Assembly: GCA_964016885.1 (NCBI GenBank)
Contig: OZ024742.1
Location: 88,102,001-88,166,000, forward strand
From: Eledone cirrhosa
Taxonomy: Eukaryota
Length of the DNA: 64,000 nt
Direction: 5' to 3'
Shown: positions 28,331 to 43,652 of the stretch, one piece after another
Position numbering within the stretch: position 1 is the first letter of the stretch
Layout of the letters: each line of letters begins with the position of its first letter
Notes under the pieces: generated by a model
Database searches by the model: none
What the model was told of the DNA's origin: nothing
Seen by the model: the letters and a program-made list of their open reading frames with translations, nothing else
Program-made: the position numbers and the translations under genes

Positions 28331-31300
28331 AAATCTAATGCTCATTGTATTAATACACGCCATAATATTTTAGCACTGAACTCCATATATATATATATAG
28401 AGAGAGAGAGATAGAGAGAGGGAGAAAGAGAGAAAGAGTATGCCCCCTAAAGTGTATACAGACATCAACAGCATTCTAATAAGCATTACCTGTACAGTTA
28501 ATCAAATTGTGTATGCATTTTTGGGACACCTTATAAATATACATATATAAACACACACACACACATATATATATATATGTGTGCATGTGTGCATGTGTGT
28601 TTGTGCGTGTGTGTGTGTGTGTGTGCGGTGAGTATGTGCTTACATTTAATTGAAATATGCAATTCATATATTCTTTCTCCTGCATATTACAATACACTAT
28701 CTTTTAAAGCTACAGAAACATAAATATAGAAATAACCATCGAACGACATGTATATTCATGTCCAAGCAACAACTGCAAATAAACATACATTTGTTTGAAT
28801 GTATGCATTGTTAGATACCTGAATAAATATACAATGTTTAGCATATGTTTGGCCTGCGTAAACTCCAATAATATCCCAACACTATTGGCCATATTTTACA
28901 AAAAGTAATTACTTTATGTCCCTTGACAGGGCTGACTATTCCCATTACAGAGCGCATACAAGCGAAGTTTTCTCCACTATATATAAATGGCTGTATTGGA
29001 CATAACCTAACAATATTGATTATTGGGATATTCGATGCTTGGATTTATTTTAACTGAGTGCAATCAGTATAGCATAATAGCTACTTACTTCATCTTTTCC
29101 ACAGGGATAAATACATCTGCAAGTCATTCTTTATGAAATTGGATCTACGATACAAACTATATCAAACAACAAAATACAGTAAATAAGTATTCAATATTAC
29201 AGACATACATGCGTTTATATGTATGTCTTCATGTGCTCATATATATATATACATATATATTCAATCTCTCTCTATCACTCGTCCTCTCTCTCTCTCTCCC
29301 TCTCTCTCTCTCTCTCTTTATATATATATATGTGTGTGTGTGTTTGTGTACATTTATATATATATGTACATTTATATATATATATGTACATTTATACATA
29401 TATATATATATATGGGTATGTGTGGGAGGGGGTTGACTATGTATGTATGTGTGTATACACGTATTAGCAATTCGACATAGATTTCCGTTGTGTACATTTC
29501 ACAGACGCATCACTGAACAATTCACGACAGTGAAACTTAATAACGCCAATCGGAGTCAAACTGTTTAAACAATTATTTAATGTTCACGTAGAGTGTCGAG
29601 TTGCCGCTTCTTTGGTTTTTCTGCGTGTCTCTATCTGCAGCCAGTTTCTAATATTTGTTTCGAAGAAGAAAGAAACTAATATATAGTTTCTACTTTAGAG
29701 GTATTATTATTGAGCACATTTTACAGTGGCATTGTACAAATGCATGTCTCTTGCATCTCATGTTGAGAGTGTCAAGATCGATTCTGTTCATATTCCAGTT
29801 GAATACGTCTAGTTAGGGTGGAAAAGTAAATTTGCAGGCTTGAATGTCTGCAATAGAATGATAGGTCGTATTGTTTATTGTGCATCTAAGTCATGACACG
29901 AGAAGAAATAACCTGAACTTAGTATTTAATGAACCTACTCCACTGCTGATTATTTACACACGGGTAAATTTCAAAATGACGAAATGCATTAGAACAGCAA
30001 TTGGTGTTGATGAGAGAGAGAAATTAACAAGTTATGGGTTCCTGTTTAGAAATTGTTTTTATATTTGTTTACTTACCAATCTTATGGAATACGTTGGTTT
30101 GCATGGAGTCTATTGCTCGTTTTGTATTATCCCAGTTTATTTGAGATCAGGTTCTGAATGAGCAATTTTAAACCACAATCCTTTATCTTTAATTACGTAA
30201 ATAAATCCGATATTTAGCTGTGAAAGATACCACACCTTCCGTCATGCAGTGAAGAATTCTATGGAATGCTGATATTTTCGTTGCAGTTTTAGGAAATGTG
30301 AGGATCCATCTTTTCAATAACAATTAACTGTTCCGCTTGAAATTTGATTTGTGTTTATTATATTGGTTTTGTTTTACTAATGAAATGTGGTATGATCCCA
30401 CCTCAAACTGTGTTGTTGCGTTCTCCGTTGCCTTAGAGTAGTTTGGTTCGATGTATGATGATTTAGATCTGTGTACTATAATAATGCTTGTGTCATTTTG
30501 CTTTCTTAACAATGTTTTCGAAACCTGCTGTGAAATAAGTGTTAATATGACGTGCGTTTACTTGTATTTCCATTTTGTTCGTTTCAAATATAAGTGTCGT
30601 TGGTTGAAGTAATTCTAATGCGTTGCGTGTTTAAAGGGAAACAACTAATTTCTAGAGGACTGAAACGTTTGGGGTGAAAATGATAGAAACATATTCGTTT
30701 GAAATTAATCGTCCCAAAATTTCCAAGGTAGACGACTAGGAATTGCGATATGATGAAATGAAGAACGTCGATTGTCCATGTAGATAATAAACACAAGTTC
30801 CTTAAGTAACGTTTATTATCCGACGTGAAATAATAATATCTAATATTGGCATATCTAACCTTTTGGAAAACAAATTTGATGCAAATAGGGAGTCGATCAG
30901 CATAAAGGTTGAACGATTTCAATTTCTGAGTGAAATAGAATTTGAGCTTCCACGATACTAAGAGGTGGTGGGTGGTATTAAAATGGAACAACTTAATGGA
31001 TATTCCTAAAACATCAATTGTCGTGGAAAATTAAATAAAAGGAAATTTCATAATGATGCCATTAAATATTGCTTTTATATTTTCTATAATATGTAGTTAT
31101 TTTATTTTGCATAATCGATTCTCATAGGACTTACTGCTGCTTGCATGAGATTGTGTTGAATTAATATATATTAACTTTTCCTTCTATAAACATGTACAGT
31201 TTATATTTCTATAACTAACTTTTAATAAATTAAATCCATTTATGAAAGGTGCTGAAGTTTGTTTCCACTATATTAATTTTAAATGTTTGTTTTGATTTAA

Positions 31301-31856
31301 TTTTTAAGTTATTATAGGAAATCAAATGTAATTTGAAAATGAAAGTGGAAATGGGAGATTTTTTTTTTACTGTTGAATGTGTTATCAAATATATTACCAT
31401 TTAGTTTTTGAAATTGATTATTGAAATGCGAGCGAATATGTAATAATTTTGAAACTATAAATTCAAACATTATGTTTAAAAGATTATAAACAGTTTATAA
31501 TATCTAAGTTAATATGACAGCTTCCCAGTGGCATGCATTTTACATTTACTTGCAAAAATACGGGGTTCACTCTCAAAAATACTGCTAGAAAAGCGTACGT
31601 TCCACGAAACGGTCCACCTGCATAGTCACTACAAAGATTTCAAATTACTATTGCTCAAAGCCTCTCATCCAACGCGTGCCAATATGTTTACTTCCTTTTC
31701 TACGACCCGAACACCTCCGAACCCATTCTACCAAGGTTTTCATCTCTCGCATCACTCAATGTCTCTCATGATCATCTACTAGTATATAATACTGTTGTGT
31801 TTTGTACGTGACGCAAAAGAAGGTAACTCTTCTACACACTTACTACTACTACTTTG

Positions 31857-32158
31857 ACGCTAAACTTCGCCAGTTGCAGACTGTGCAATAAAATTAGATC
31901 TTTTTTCTCCACAAAGTTCGATCACCAACATCAGAGTTTAAAGAGCAAAGATCAACTCCAGTTCATAGGTTGACATTATCAAGCCATTGTTTTGGCTGTC
32001 GGCCTCTGCTTCTATTACCAGCCAACTTTCCTTCCAGGCATAACCTACTCCCACCACGAGTTGATCTTTTTCTTTACACTCTGCTGTTGGTGATCGAACT
32101 TTTTGGATAAAAATATCTCATGTTCATACGCAGTCTGCACCTGGCGGATGTTTAGCGT
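31857..32158. mobile_element. MITE-like fold-back, ~100-bp inverted arms
   Basis: ACGCTAAAC...GATCAACTC versus GAGTTGATC...GTTTAGCGT. Confidence 0.7.
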
Positions 32159-32209
32159 TGTATGTAATAATCATTTTTAACTAGCGTTCTTAGTAGAATG
32201 GCTAAACCT

Positions 32210-32485
32210 TTGTGAGTGTATGTGTGTGTGAGTGTTATTGTGTGTGAGTGCATGTGTGTCTGAGTGTTATTGTTTGTGAGTGTATGTGTGTGTGAGTGTT
32301 TTTGTGTGTGAGTACATGTGTGGCTGAGTGTATGTGTGTCTGAGTGTTTGTGTGAGCGTGTGTGTGATTGTATGTGTGTGGGTATTTGTGTGTGTGTGTT
32401 AGTGATTGTGTGTGAGTGTGTTTGTGTGTGAGTGTATGTGTATCTGAGTGTATGTGTGTGAGTGTTTGTGTGTGTGAGTGTATGA
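32210..32485. repeat. Degenerate (TG)-rich simple repeat
   Basis: TGTGTGAGTGTA-type units. Confidence 0.9.
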
Positions 32486-33287
32486 ATGTGTCACCTATAC
32501 ATCATTCCTTACCCTATGCATATTCATGAACGCAGACAGGTTAGATTTCGAGTACGTCTCAGCTCTCTATCCCCGTCAGCGTATGGGATTATACAAATAT
32601 ATCCTGGTCATTTAAACCTTACTACAACTTGCTTCAATCCTCCAAACAAAACCGACTCTGACATTACCTGCAATTATGCTATCACAGTAAGTTACAGCAA
32701 CTTGAATATGATGTAAATACTCATTAACGAAACCCTTTTTCTTGAATCTCTTCAGTAGGGCTCTCCTAAAGTCAGATCTACAGCAGACAATTGTTTCTCT
32801 TTTAAACGTGGACTTCCATCCTCTAGAACTTAGCCGAAAGCAGGGTTATTTCACAAGAGACTAGAAAAGCTTTCAACTGAAGCTGTCACGCCCAAATTAT
32901 GGCAAATACTCCCCCGTATGCGTAATATTCGTGTGTTGTTATTTGAATTGATGGCTTAATTTCCGATCACGCGATCATCGACTCTGCTTATAAAGTTCCT
33001 ATTAACTCACAGTTAACAATTCTCTTGTAACATAGTGTGTTATATTATTTTGTTCACCTTTAAAAATACTTCAACGAAATCTTTTGAATCATCTCCCAAA
33101 TTGATCGCTCTTGCACAACATAAGCGTGATTACTTCGTAGTAACATTCCAGATCGGTGATATTCAGATGTAAAAAATGAAAATTAGCAACAAATAAGCAC
33201 ACATTTCATGAAGAATAACATTATTCAAATTTCCAAAATCGTAAATACATTATCTTTACACCTGCCAAGAAAACATTGTTAGGGTAC

Positions 33288-33465
33288 GGCAGTATCGGTA
33301 GAGGGTCGGACGCCATACTTTGACGCAAAGAGTTACGGTCTTTACCATTCTGAGTTCAAATCCCGCCTAGGTTAACATTGCCTTTCATCCTTGCGGGGTC
33401 GATAAAATAAAGTACCAGTAATGTACTGGGTATTTGCTGGCGTGGTGCCAATAGTACAAACAATT
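33288..33465 (+). mobile_element. tRNA-derived SINE
   Basis: Matches the SINE consensus. Confidence 0.9.
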
Positions 33466-34139
33466 ATTAGAGTACATATCATTAAATCTGAACAGTACAC
33501 AACTAGAACTGATAGGTAAGTATAAGTTACAAGTTGTTTTACTCTAAGCATTACGTCTAAAACGCTGTCTATTTATAATGAATATTTGAAACGACGACTA
33601 TGAGTAGTCTACATATATTAAATAATCTGTTAAAACACGATCGTGACAACAGTTTCACTGAGATGTAAAATCAAATAAAAGCATGCTTGGTAGAATAATT
33701 GAAAATTCGTGTCGAAATATTTCACTGTATATAACGATTAAACTGCATATACGAGTAGATTTGTGTCAATGATATAGGAGTGGTCTTCCACAGACCTAGA
33801 CAAATTGAGGTAAAGTAGATGTTTCGCATCGAATTTCTTTGAACATTTTACAAAGAATTAAATACAAACAGTCAATGAAAGTTAAATATTAAGGACAGCC
33901 AAGCGTACGGGTCATCTGATTTTCAATAATGCAAAGATTTATACATATTCGGGTATTTGTTTGGGAGATTACCGAGTTATTCACTTTATGCTAAAACGAT
34001 AACCGACACCCATCATACACTGAGATATATTAGTGATCAATCCTATTCAAAATCAAACAGGCAGTTGAATAGAATTCCAGTAGGAAGACGCCATTCAAAT
34101 TCAAATGTTGAGTAGAAAGGGATTGGTGTAATCTTATAT

Positions 34140-34251
<112 letters not shown>

Positions 34252-34706
34252 TAAGGCGTGTGTGCTGATTGGAATATACATTTTAAGTGATTCAAGAAGT
34301 GTAGTTTGAGCAGCGTCGCCTCAATTGTTTATGGTTGTATGTGCATTCAACCAAAACTACTCTTCACTTCTCATATTATAGTCGTTTCTTTGATAAAGCC
34401 ATATGATGGCATAGAATATATTAGTTCGGTACAATATCAGGGGAAACTTGCTCGAAGACTTACATATAAAATCATTTCGTCTCCAACAAAGTTCCTATCA
34501 CAGGGAAATGATGAATTCTTCTCATGCTTATTTATGATTACATTCCACAAATGGAAACAAAATATAGTTGCTTTTAATACATGCAGACTCCCACCAAGAG
34601 ACAGAGCAACATACCCTCATTCACACACAGACTGTATTAATATACTTCTGTGTGTACATATATACGAATAGATATGTACACATATATATATATATATATA
34701 TATATA

Positions 34707-34815
<109 letters not shown>

Positions 34816-35427
34816 CGTGCGTGTGTGTGTGTGTGTGTTCATATTTGTGTATGTGTTGATGTATGTATGTTTTGAACAAAGAAATTATAACGAATGGCGA
34901 AGATAAGTGCTTAATCAATTCATTGTTTTACGATCGTTTCAGAAGATTGATCGGTCAGGATAAATCGTTATATTGACAAATTATAGTCGTTATGCGACCA
35001 TATATTACTAGTCTCGATATTTTAGATCCATTTCACCGTATTCCTTAGAAACAATAAGCTAAAATCTTATTTTGTAGCATATAAAATGATACCGAAATAC
35101 ATAATTTGGATACGTGGAGAGCCAAAACTTTATATAGGGTAAACAAGAAAGAATAAACTTTTGGAATTCACAATCAAGCATGAAAACATACAAGTAGAGA
35201 ACAAACGAGAAAAATATTTGCAGAAAAAAAATAATAAGTAAGAAAATAGGTAAAATGAACACTTCAACGAATGCATACAGAAATAAACAGCGGGGATAAA
35301 CATGCCAGCAGCATATTAAATGGGGTGGTTTCGTTATCTCACTACGTTCCCATCTCTCTATAAGTGTATATAAGTGCTTGTATCTGCCCCCAAGTTAAAT
35401 GATTGTATTTTATTGCAATCTACATAT

Positions 35428-35614
35428 ATTGTTTCTACGTTAGGCACAAGGCCAGCAATTACCCAGTGTATTTCTGGTACTTTATTTTATCGACCCCGTA
35501 AGGATGAAAGGCAAAGTTAACCTTGGCGGGATTTGAACTCAGAACGGCAAGGGCCGTAACTCTATACGTCAAAGCATGGCGTCCGACCCTCTACCGATAC
35601 TGCCAATCCACCGC
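35428..35614 (-). mobile_element. tRNA-derived SINE with apparent target-site duplication
   Basis: Reverse complement of consensus; TGCAATCTACATATATT occurs on both sides (~35414 and ~35620). Confidence 0.9.
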
Positions 35615-36273
35615 TCTACTGCAATCTACATATATTACAAGCAGTTTAGAGGGCTGGAGACATGGTTGGCAGATGGCAGCAGTCAGTCTATCTTTTTATT
35701 TATATATTTGATTATGCTTCTAAAATGGTCTTTTTTTATAATTTAACTCGCCTCTCATTCGTTATAATACAGTTAATGCGATTATTGCATTTGTTTTTTT
35801 TTTATGCATATTATATTTTTTTAAATATAAGTTACTTTTACTATTTTATTTTGATTTCTCTGGTCTGTTTTTTTCTTCCTGCTTCTATTTCTTCACCTTT
35901 GATTGTTGGATCATAAAATACGTGGGTAAGTCAAATATTTTCCGGACTTTCGCCAGAACATATCTTTTGGTTTTGCCGGCTGCCTTTACCTAAGGCATGC
36001 TTATAAATGCTACTATGGTGGTCACCTGATTGATGTTTGAGCCTCACGAATAAACACTTAGAGAGGTCACTTAAAATACCCCTATACACGGAAAAAAATT
36101 GTTAGCTGTCGCTACAGAGAATCGAATTTGGAACCACTCATATGCACTATTTTCAAAACTGTTACATATATTGAACAACTGAGATAAAACTAGATTTCTG
36201 AATTAAAAATGTTGCACATTTCCTAAGAATTTCAATTCACCCAACGTTCCGCTGTATAATTTAATAATGATGA

Positions 36274-36301
36274 TCTCTCTCTCTCTCTATCTCTCTCTCT
36301 T

Positions 36302-36339
<38 letters not shown>

Positions 36340-36472
36340 TCTGGCTCTTTCTCTATCTCTCCTTCTCTATCTCTCACTCTCTTTCTCTCTCTCTCTCTCA
36401 TTCTCTCTCTCTCTCAGCTCTCTCTCTCACTCTCTCTCTCTTTCTCTCTCTCTCTCTCTATATATATATATA
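36274..36472. repeat. (CT)n microsatellite followed by (TA)n
   Basis: Direct reading. Confidence 0.95.
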
Positions 36473-37351
36473 AAGAGAGAGGGGGCGACAGAGGGAGAAT
36501 AACCTTAAACAGAACGAATAAAAGCCACACATATTCACTGCTTCGTTGACACGGGCTAAATTCTACGTTCTACTATGTTATTAAAAGTTCATGACTTATA
36601 TATGTTCTGAAATCTGGGTTACTGGTGATCATGAATTGCATGTCGTTGGAGAAAATACTCTACAATGGGAATTTGGAAAATATGGCAGCAGTGTACATTA
36701 TACGTTAAAAAATAACTTCTCTCACTCATTATATTTACATCTCGCTTTCTACTTCGCCTTTTCTCTCACCTCTATTACTCTCTCCCCAAGCGCAATATTT
36801 CAAAGAATAGACACGGCAACGAATAATATTTTTCTAGAGTTTTATATCCTCTTATTTCCTGCATACAAACGTTTGAAGTGCACCCTGTGAAAATAGCAAT
36901 ATATGATTATGAATGAATACCTTAAGTGCTGTTATATATATTGAAGAGCGTGTAACGCTTATAGGCAATTACGTACATGAATCATATTATAATATACACT
37001 TGAGAGCAGCAGAGTGGCAAAGGGTGCTGCATTTATTGTTGATATTGATATTGATAATATGGATGCAAATAATACGCTATCAGGTTTCGTCAATACAAAT
37101 TGTTATAAATATATTTGTGTTACATCAAGAGAATTTAATAGAAACGTTTATATAAATAGCGATTTTCTATTCACTTCTGAATAATGATTATTGCATGTAC
37201 ATTATAGTTCAATCATATTGTATTGCTGTTTGTGGTTTGTTTACACATACTTATAAATGTAGAGTAATGTGTATATAAAAACACGCGGACACATACTGAT
37301 ACATGCAGACAGACTAGCACGTGAACACACACACACTCATATATATATATG

Positions 37352-37399
<48 letters not shown>

Positions 37400-37658
37400 T
37401 AATATGACGTTCTTACCTCTTCAGGGCATCATGATAGCATCACTTAGTATATAAAGTATTCAAGAGATAAATACTGATAGTGAAGATGTTTTATTGAAGC
37501 AGGTGGAGTCAAACAAAGGTAATAGGATTCGTTCGATAATCCGACAGGGAGTACAGACATATGTTAGTGACACCCATCACATTTGCATGGAAAGTGTATT
37601 TATACTACTAATAAATGATAAATGGGTGTGATAGTGCTGACTGTGAAAATGATAAAAT

Positions 37659-37750
<92 letters not shown>

Positions 37751-38401
37751 CACACACACACGCACACAGCCATATATATATATATATACATGTAAAACAA
37801 CTACATCAATATAATATAATAAACAGATAAATAACTAGAATAGGTAAGTTTACAAATAATGCTGATGAATATGAAATGGCCTGATATAAGATGGAATCTA
37901 ATATTGAATGTATGCGATGTACAACATATATCGGGGTGCCAACTTGCTGAATGATTGATAATGATGAAGTTTAGTTCAATTGTAAATTGAATAAATGTTA
38001 TGATACACATAGGGCGTGGCTGATACATGGGACACTTCGCGGCAAAGCACCATTTCATTTGTATCCATTTATTTACCGTTTGACATAAAGACTAATAAAT
38101 CGCTATGCCACTATGTACCAAAAGAAGCAAATGCATAAATGTTTCTGAAACGATACTATTTGTTACTATAAGTATATGGTTTGGAACTTCGTCCAATCGT
38201 GGAAATCGCATGCTCAAGTTTGTGAAGAAAATACCTTAACTTATTGAAACAATCGTATGTATAACAAACTGAATTTGATAATTGGACAGTTTGAGGAAAC
38301 ATGAGACAAATTTGGTGAGGTGCGTAGTAGGCAAGTAAAGTTATCTTAGACGACTTACGTGTGGTCACCTGTGGTGGAATCAATCAAAGATTCACTTGAA
38401 A

Positions 38402-38520
38402 GGCGCGTGCCTGAATGATTAGTGAATTGGATTTGCAATCAAGAGGTTGTGATTTCGATTCCCAGGTCGGGTGATGCATTTTGTCCTTGAGAAATACGCT
38501 ATATTTCACGTTGCTCCTGC
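38402..38520 (+). mobile_element. Second, older tRNA-derived SINE family (head fragment)
   Basis: tRNA-like head with GATTTCGATTCCC B-box followed by TGTCCTTGAG...ATTTCACGTTGCTCC. Confidence 0.5.
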
Positions 38521-39377
38521 TGCCTGGATGTGGGACTGACAGATAGTGTTACCTAAATGGAAAAATCAATGGAAAGATTGTTTCCTCGGTACCATTTGAC
38601 ATGCTCCACCTAACTTGTTAAGCAAATAAGGTATGGGATCTTATCGATATATATATATATATAATCATTAATTTTATTAAAATTGCACGAGGCCGGACTG
38701 GTGATATCCCCAGTTTAATTGTTGCAAAAATTACGATATATAAGTTTTATAAGCAGAATTAATATTCCTAACCCTGCCTGTTGCTGAGAAACCTTTTTTG
38801 TATTCTTGCAGCATACACTATCTTATATGTGTTGGATCAGCACTAATTCTAGAGGGGTAATTTGCACAACATTCAGTAATATAACATGAAATTAAGAAAA
38901 AACAAAAAGGAAAGCATTAGAACAAAAATGAAAAGTTTATATTACTGTCAGTATTGAAAAGTTGTTTTCAAAATCATTATGTCTAAAATGCAACAGGACT
39001 TTGTATCCAACCTATTTCAATATTTTTATGTTTCATAAACATATATTTAATCTTGCAGCACATAGCAATCGCTTTACCCATTCAATTGCGTGTATATTCA
39101 TGATCATACTTCCTCAAAAAACGGCCAATACGGAAAAAAAGCAATCTAGTAAGCGGCAAGACAATATTGACTTATACTTGCTCTATTACACATATCGTGT
39201 GTGCTTGACTGCATGAAAGTAGTCTTGGATTATTGGATTATGAATTTATCGTTCACAAACATACATCCTTGTAGCCCACTCACCCGCACTATTACTAGAC
39301 ATATTTTAACCCTCTACTACATTCGCAATTTATTTTTACAGAACATTATTAAAATGTTATGTAAATGTTATGTATGC

Positions 39378-39562
39378 CGGTGGATTGGCAGTATCGGTAG
39401 AGGGTCGGACGCCATGCTTTCCAGCATAGTTACGTCCCATGACGATCTGAGTTCAAATCCCACCGAGGTTGACTTTGCCTTTCATCCTTACGGGGTCGAT
39501 AAAATAAAGTACCAGTAATGCACTGGCTAATTGCTGGCCTTGTGCCTAAAGTAGAAACAATT
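39378..39562 (+). mobile_element. tRNA-derived SINE with apparent target-site duplication
   Basis: Full consensus match; ATTATTAAAATGTTATGT flanks both sides. Confidence 0.9.
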
Positions 39563-40065
39563 ATTAAAATGTTATGTCCCAAGACAGAGTGGACTTCGAT
39601 CATTGACGGCAATTTCCCAATAGTTAAGTGAATGTACAATTGTTGAATTTGCCTCACCAAGAATATGCACATCACCATCAGAATGATGTATAGATTATGA
39701 ATCCGATAAGAATCTATTCTTTTCTCTCTCACAAATATTTACTGATCACAATTATTTCAAGCAACATGGAAAATAATTTCAGAAAGAATCAATATATTAT
39801 GACCGCTATCAATGGAACAAAAAAACAGCAGATTTATCATTGTAGCACATTTCGCCATGCCAACTTCTCACAACCATGCACCTCAACATTTATCGTATGA
39901 TTTATTAATCAAATGTATGTACGCCTGATCGGCGAATACTAACAGATATCATTTCTAACAGAATATTGCCCCATGACATTTAACAAGGACTACGGAAAAC
40001 ACCTGCCGAATACTCTCTGAGAAACTTTTGTTGAAGTTTATATATGTAACACAACCACAGACAGA

Positions 40066-41862
40066 CTAAATTAATTGACCAGATCATGAATGTCACAGTT
40101 AAAGTAATGGCGCAACTAATCAGAGAGCGAATTGATCTAGACGAAATGCAGTTCGGGTTTGTGTCAAGTAAAAGTACAACAGACGCTCTCTTCATTGTAC
40201 GACAACTACAGAAGTACCTAGCTAAAAGTAAACCCCTATACTTAGCCTTTGTTGACTTGGAGAAAGCCTTTGACAGAGTACCCCGCTCGATTATCTGGTG
40301 GGCCCTTAGAAAACTAGGTGTTGATGAATGGCTTGTGAGAGGTATACAAGCCATGTATAAAGAAACAGCCAGCAAGGTTAGAATTATCAACGAATAGAGT
40401 GAAGAGTTTAGCGTAAAGATTGGTGTTCATCAGGGCTCCGTCCTTAGCCCCCTACTATTGATTATTGCCCTTCAGGCTATAACAGAGGAGTTCAAGACCG
40501 GCTGCCCATGGGAACCTCTATATGCAGAGTTATCTAACGCTCATAGCTGAATCAATGGCAGAACTAGAGTAGAAATTCCAAACATGGAAGCATGGCCTAG
40601 AATCAAAAGGTTTTAAAGTTAATTTGTCTAAGATTAAAGTTCTAGTTTGTAGGAAGGAAAATAGGGCACCGGTCCCATCTGGGAAATGGCCATGCTCAGT
40701 GTGTAGGAAAGGAGTAGGCAGAAACTCCATTTTATGTCCCAAATGTAAAGTATGGGTGCATAAAAGATGTAGTGGGATCACAGGTAAGCTAACTAAGAAT
40801 ATAGATTTTATATGTGGCCGCTGCTCTGGTGCAATAAGTAGCAGCAAGTACCCACAGAATACTAGCTCATTCCATTGCACTGATGGTTCTATAGAAATAG
40901 TGGACAGCTTCTTTTACCTGGGAAACAAAATCAGCAGTGGGGGAGGGTGCTCTGAAAGTACAGTAGCTAGAGTCAGAACGGGATGGAAAAAGTTCAGAGA
41001 GCTTATACCACTATTGGCCGCTAAAGGGTTCTCTCTAAAAATGAAAGGCAGGCTGTATGATGCCTGCATACGAACAGCAATGTTACATTACAGTGAGACC
41101 TGGGCATTGTGTGCAGAGGATATACGCAGACTGGAGAGAAACGAAACTTGCATGCTCCGCTGGATGTGTAATAATAATATACGTGAACGGCAAAGCATAA
41201 ACGAACTAAGGGAGAAATTAGGAATAAGAGGGATCAGATGTTGTTTACTCGAGAGAAGACTACGTTGGTACGGTCACGTCATGCGCATGAAAGACGACAA
41301 CTGTATAAAAAAGTGCAGGGCGATAAAAATAGACGGTAGCCACGGAGTAGGCAGACCCAGAAAAACCTGCGACGACTTGATAAATTCAGACATCACACAC
41401 TTTCACCTCTCCAAGACAATGTCACTGGACCGAGATCTTTGGCGCTACACAGTTATACAGAAGACCCGTCTTGCCTAAGTACAAAGTGAAACCTACAGTC
41501 AGTAGGCACCTCTAACAAAATACACCCCCGTCCACTACCCCCACCCACATCCACACCATCCCCTTAAATGTGAAGTTATGTTGGTACCACAACATCCAGT
41601 CCGAAACAAATGAGGTCGTGTAGGTGTCACGACAAAAAAACACACAGTCCACGCTGTAATGTGGCCGTGTAGGTAACACGGTAAAAACCACCCAGTCCAC
41701 ACTGTAAACGTGGTTGGTGTGAGGAAGGGCATCCAGCCGTAGAAAACCCGCCAGACAGTCCTGAGCAAGACAACCAATCTTGCCTCAAGTGGGACAATTC
41801 CCGTCCACACCCATGCTAGCGTGGAAAATGGACGTTAAACGATGATGATGATGATGATCATG
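40066..41862 (+). mobile_element. 5'-truncated RTE-clade LINE with disrupted RT, PHD-type finger, 3' UTR and (GAT)n tail
   Basis: QFGF...STTDALF...AFVDLEKAFDRVPR, GVHQGSVLSPLL, CSVC...CPKCKVWVHKRC...CGRC, RRLRWYGHVMRM, GRPRKT; internal stops. Confidence 0.92.
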
Positions 41863-41956
41863 ATGATATATATATATATACACATATATATATATATGTG
41901 TGTATGTGTTTGTATATATATACACATATATATATATATATGTGTGTATGTGTTTG

Positions 41957-41988
<32 letters not shown>

Positions 41989-43561
41989 CATATATATATA
42001 TATGCATACTGACACGTGTAAACCTTCCTATGCACTCATATACATGCATACAAACACATCAACCAAAAGAATTCGGGCCGATGTTTATATCTACCAAACA
42101 GCTCAGAGATCAAAGCAAAACAAATTGTATTTTTGTTATTGAATCAACAATCAGGAGTACAGATCGATAATGGAGTCGGTTCTTTCTATTGGTGACCTGC
42201 AACCAAACGTCTGCGAAACGCGCATACCAGATCGATATACAATACTTTTTTTTTAAACGTAACTTCATCGTTTTTCTTAATATATATGTATATATATTTG
42301 TGTGTGCGTGTGTGTATGTGTGTGAGCATGTGTGTATCTGAGGCAATTAACTCTATAATATTCAGAATTACTTAACAATGAAATTCTTAGTCAAGCCCGA
42401 ACAGAAAAAAGAAAAAATGCTAATCAGTGAAACAAGTATTAGTCCTTTTTGCTGTGCCCCACTGCGCTCAGGAATCCAAATTTGATGAAAGAACATATTT
42501 TTGGTTATTATTATATATATTTTTTTTATTTGTAGAGTAGATCCCAACTTATCTCATTCAAGTATTCCTGTTATGTGTTCCCGAACTAATGACAATGAAA
42601 AATCATACCAATGCTACTCAGAGACCGACGTAATGTGAATGCTCCTTATATAATATACCACTATTTCACGATAAAAGTTATTATGAGTACATGCCTCTCT
42701 GAAATCAAATCATGCTTATTACAAAGAAATATTCTAGAACACTTGCCAAAACCCCGACATAGCTTTGACAATAAAAAGAAAGAGAAGAATTATCAAATAA
42801 GATTTTCTTACTGGTATCGATTTAGTACTTAGCCTTCATTTACTGATAAGAAACAGATTCGTAAAGACCGGCTACTTTCTAAATTGGTTTCTTACAGTAG
42901 TTACTGAATGGAGTTGTTATGGTACATTTCCAGCTTCGTTAGCAATAGCATTAATGAATGGATCTTGTTCGTGCTATCGAAAGTACGTCTATATTTAGAA
43001 TTATACATTATCGATCCGCTGAGCTGTCAAGATCATTCAATAAACTACACATAGTTTTAAATTCAGTCTCTTCTTTTATCAATAGAAATTGATTCCACAA
43101 CTCCAAAAGATTCGGCGTTATGTTAACAGATCTTCCAATCATGTGTCTAAACAGTAAATTCATCCAATATAACACGCCCGACTGTAAGCAGAGGCATCTA
43201 GAAATACATATATCATGTGAAATCAATTTTGAATGAAAGCAGAGAAATATGTTTCAATACATGTGTGTATCTCTGTATATTATAGACTCTGGGCAATGTG
43301 TTACATCAATGAACATATTTAGTGATGTGTTTATATGGATATTGTGAGATCGCAAATAATTACAGTTGGTCAGCGGACTAGAAGCTTATTCAATAAACCG
43401 TGCGTCATGTATTCAAAATATATAGATTCATTTGTAGCCTACTCACGCATCGTGCTTCTCATTATACATGTATATTAGGTTAGTCCATCGTCATATTAAA
43501 TATATGAAATATAATATTAAATAGATTATACAATCTTACTATACACACACATATATAGATA

Positions 43562-43650
<89 letters not shown>

Positions 43651-43652
<2 letters not shown>

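Noticed and set aside
29500-31500. Possible host exons or old transposase in the non-repetitive stretch
   Set aside because: No sustained open frame or recognisable motif by eye.
39378-39470. tRNA genes
   Set aside because: A/B boxes belong to SINE heads; no complete cloverleaf, and each continues into the SINE body.
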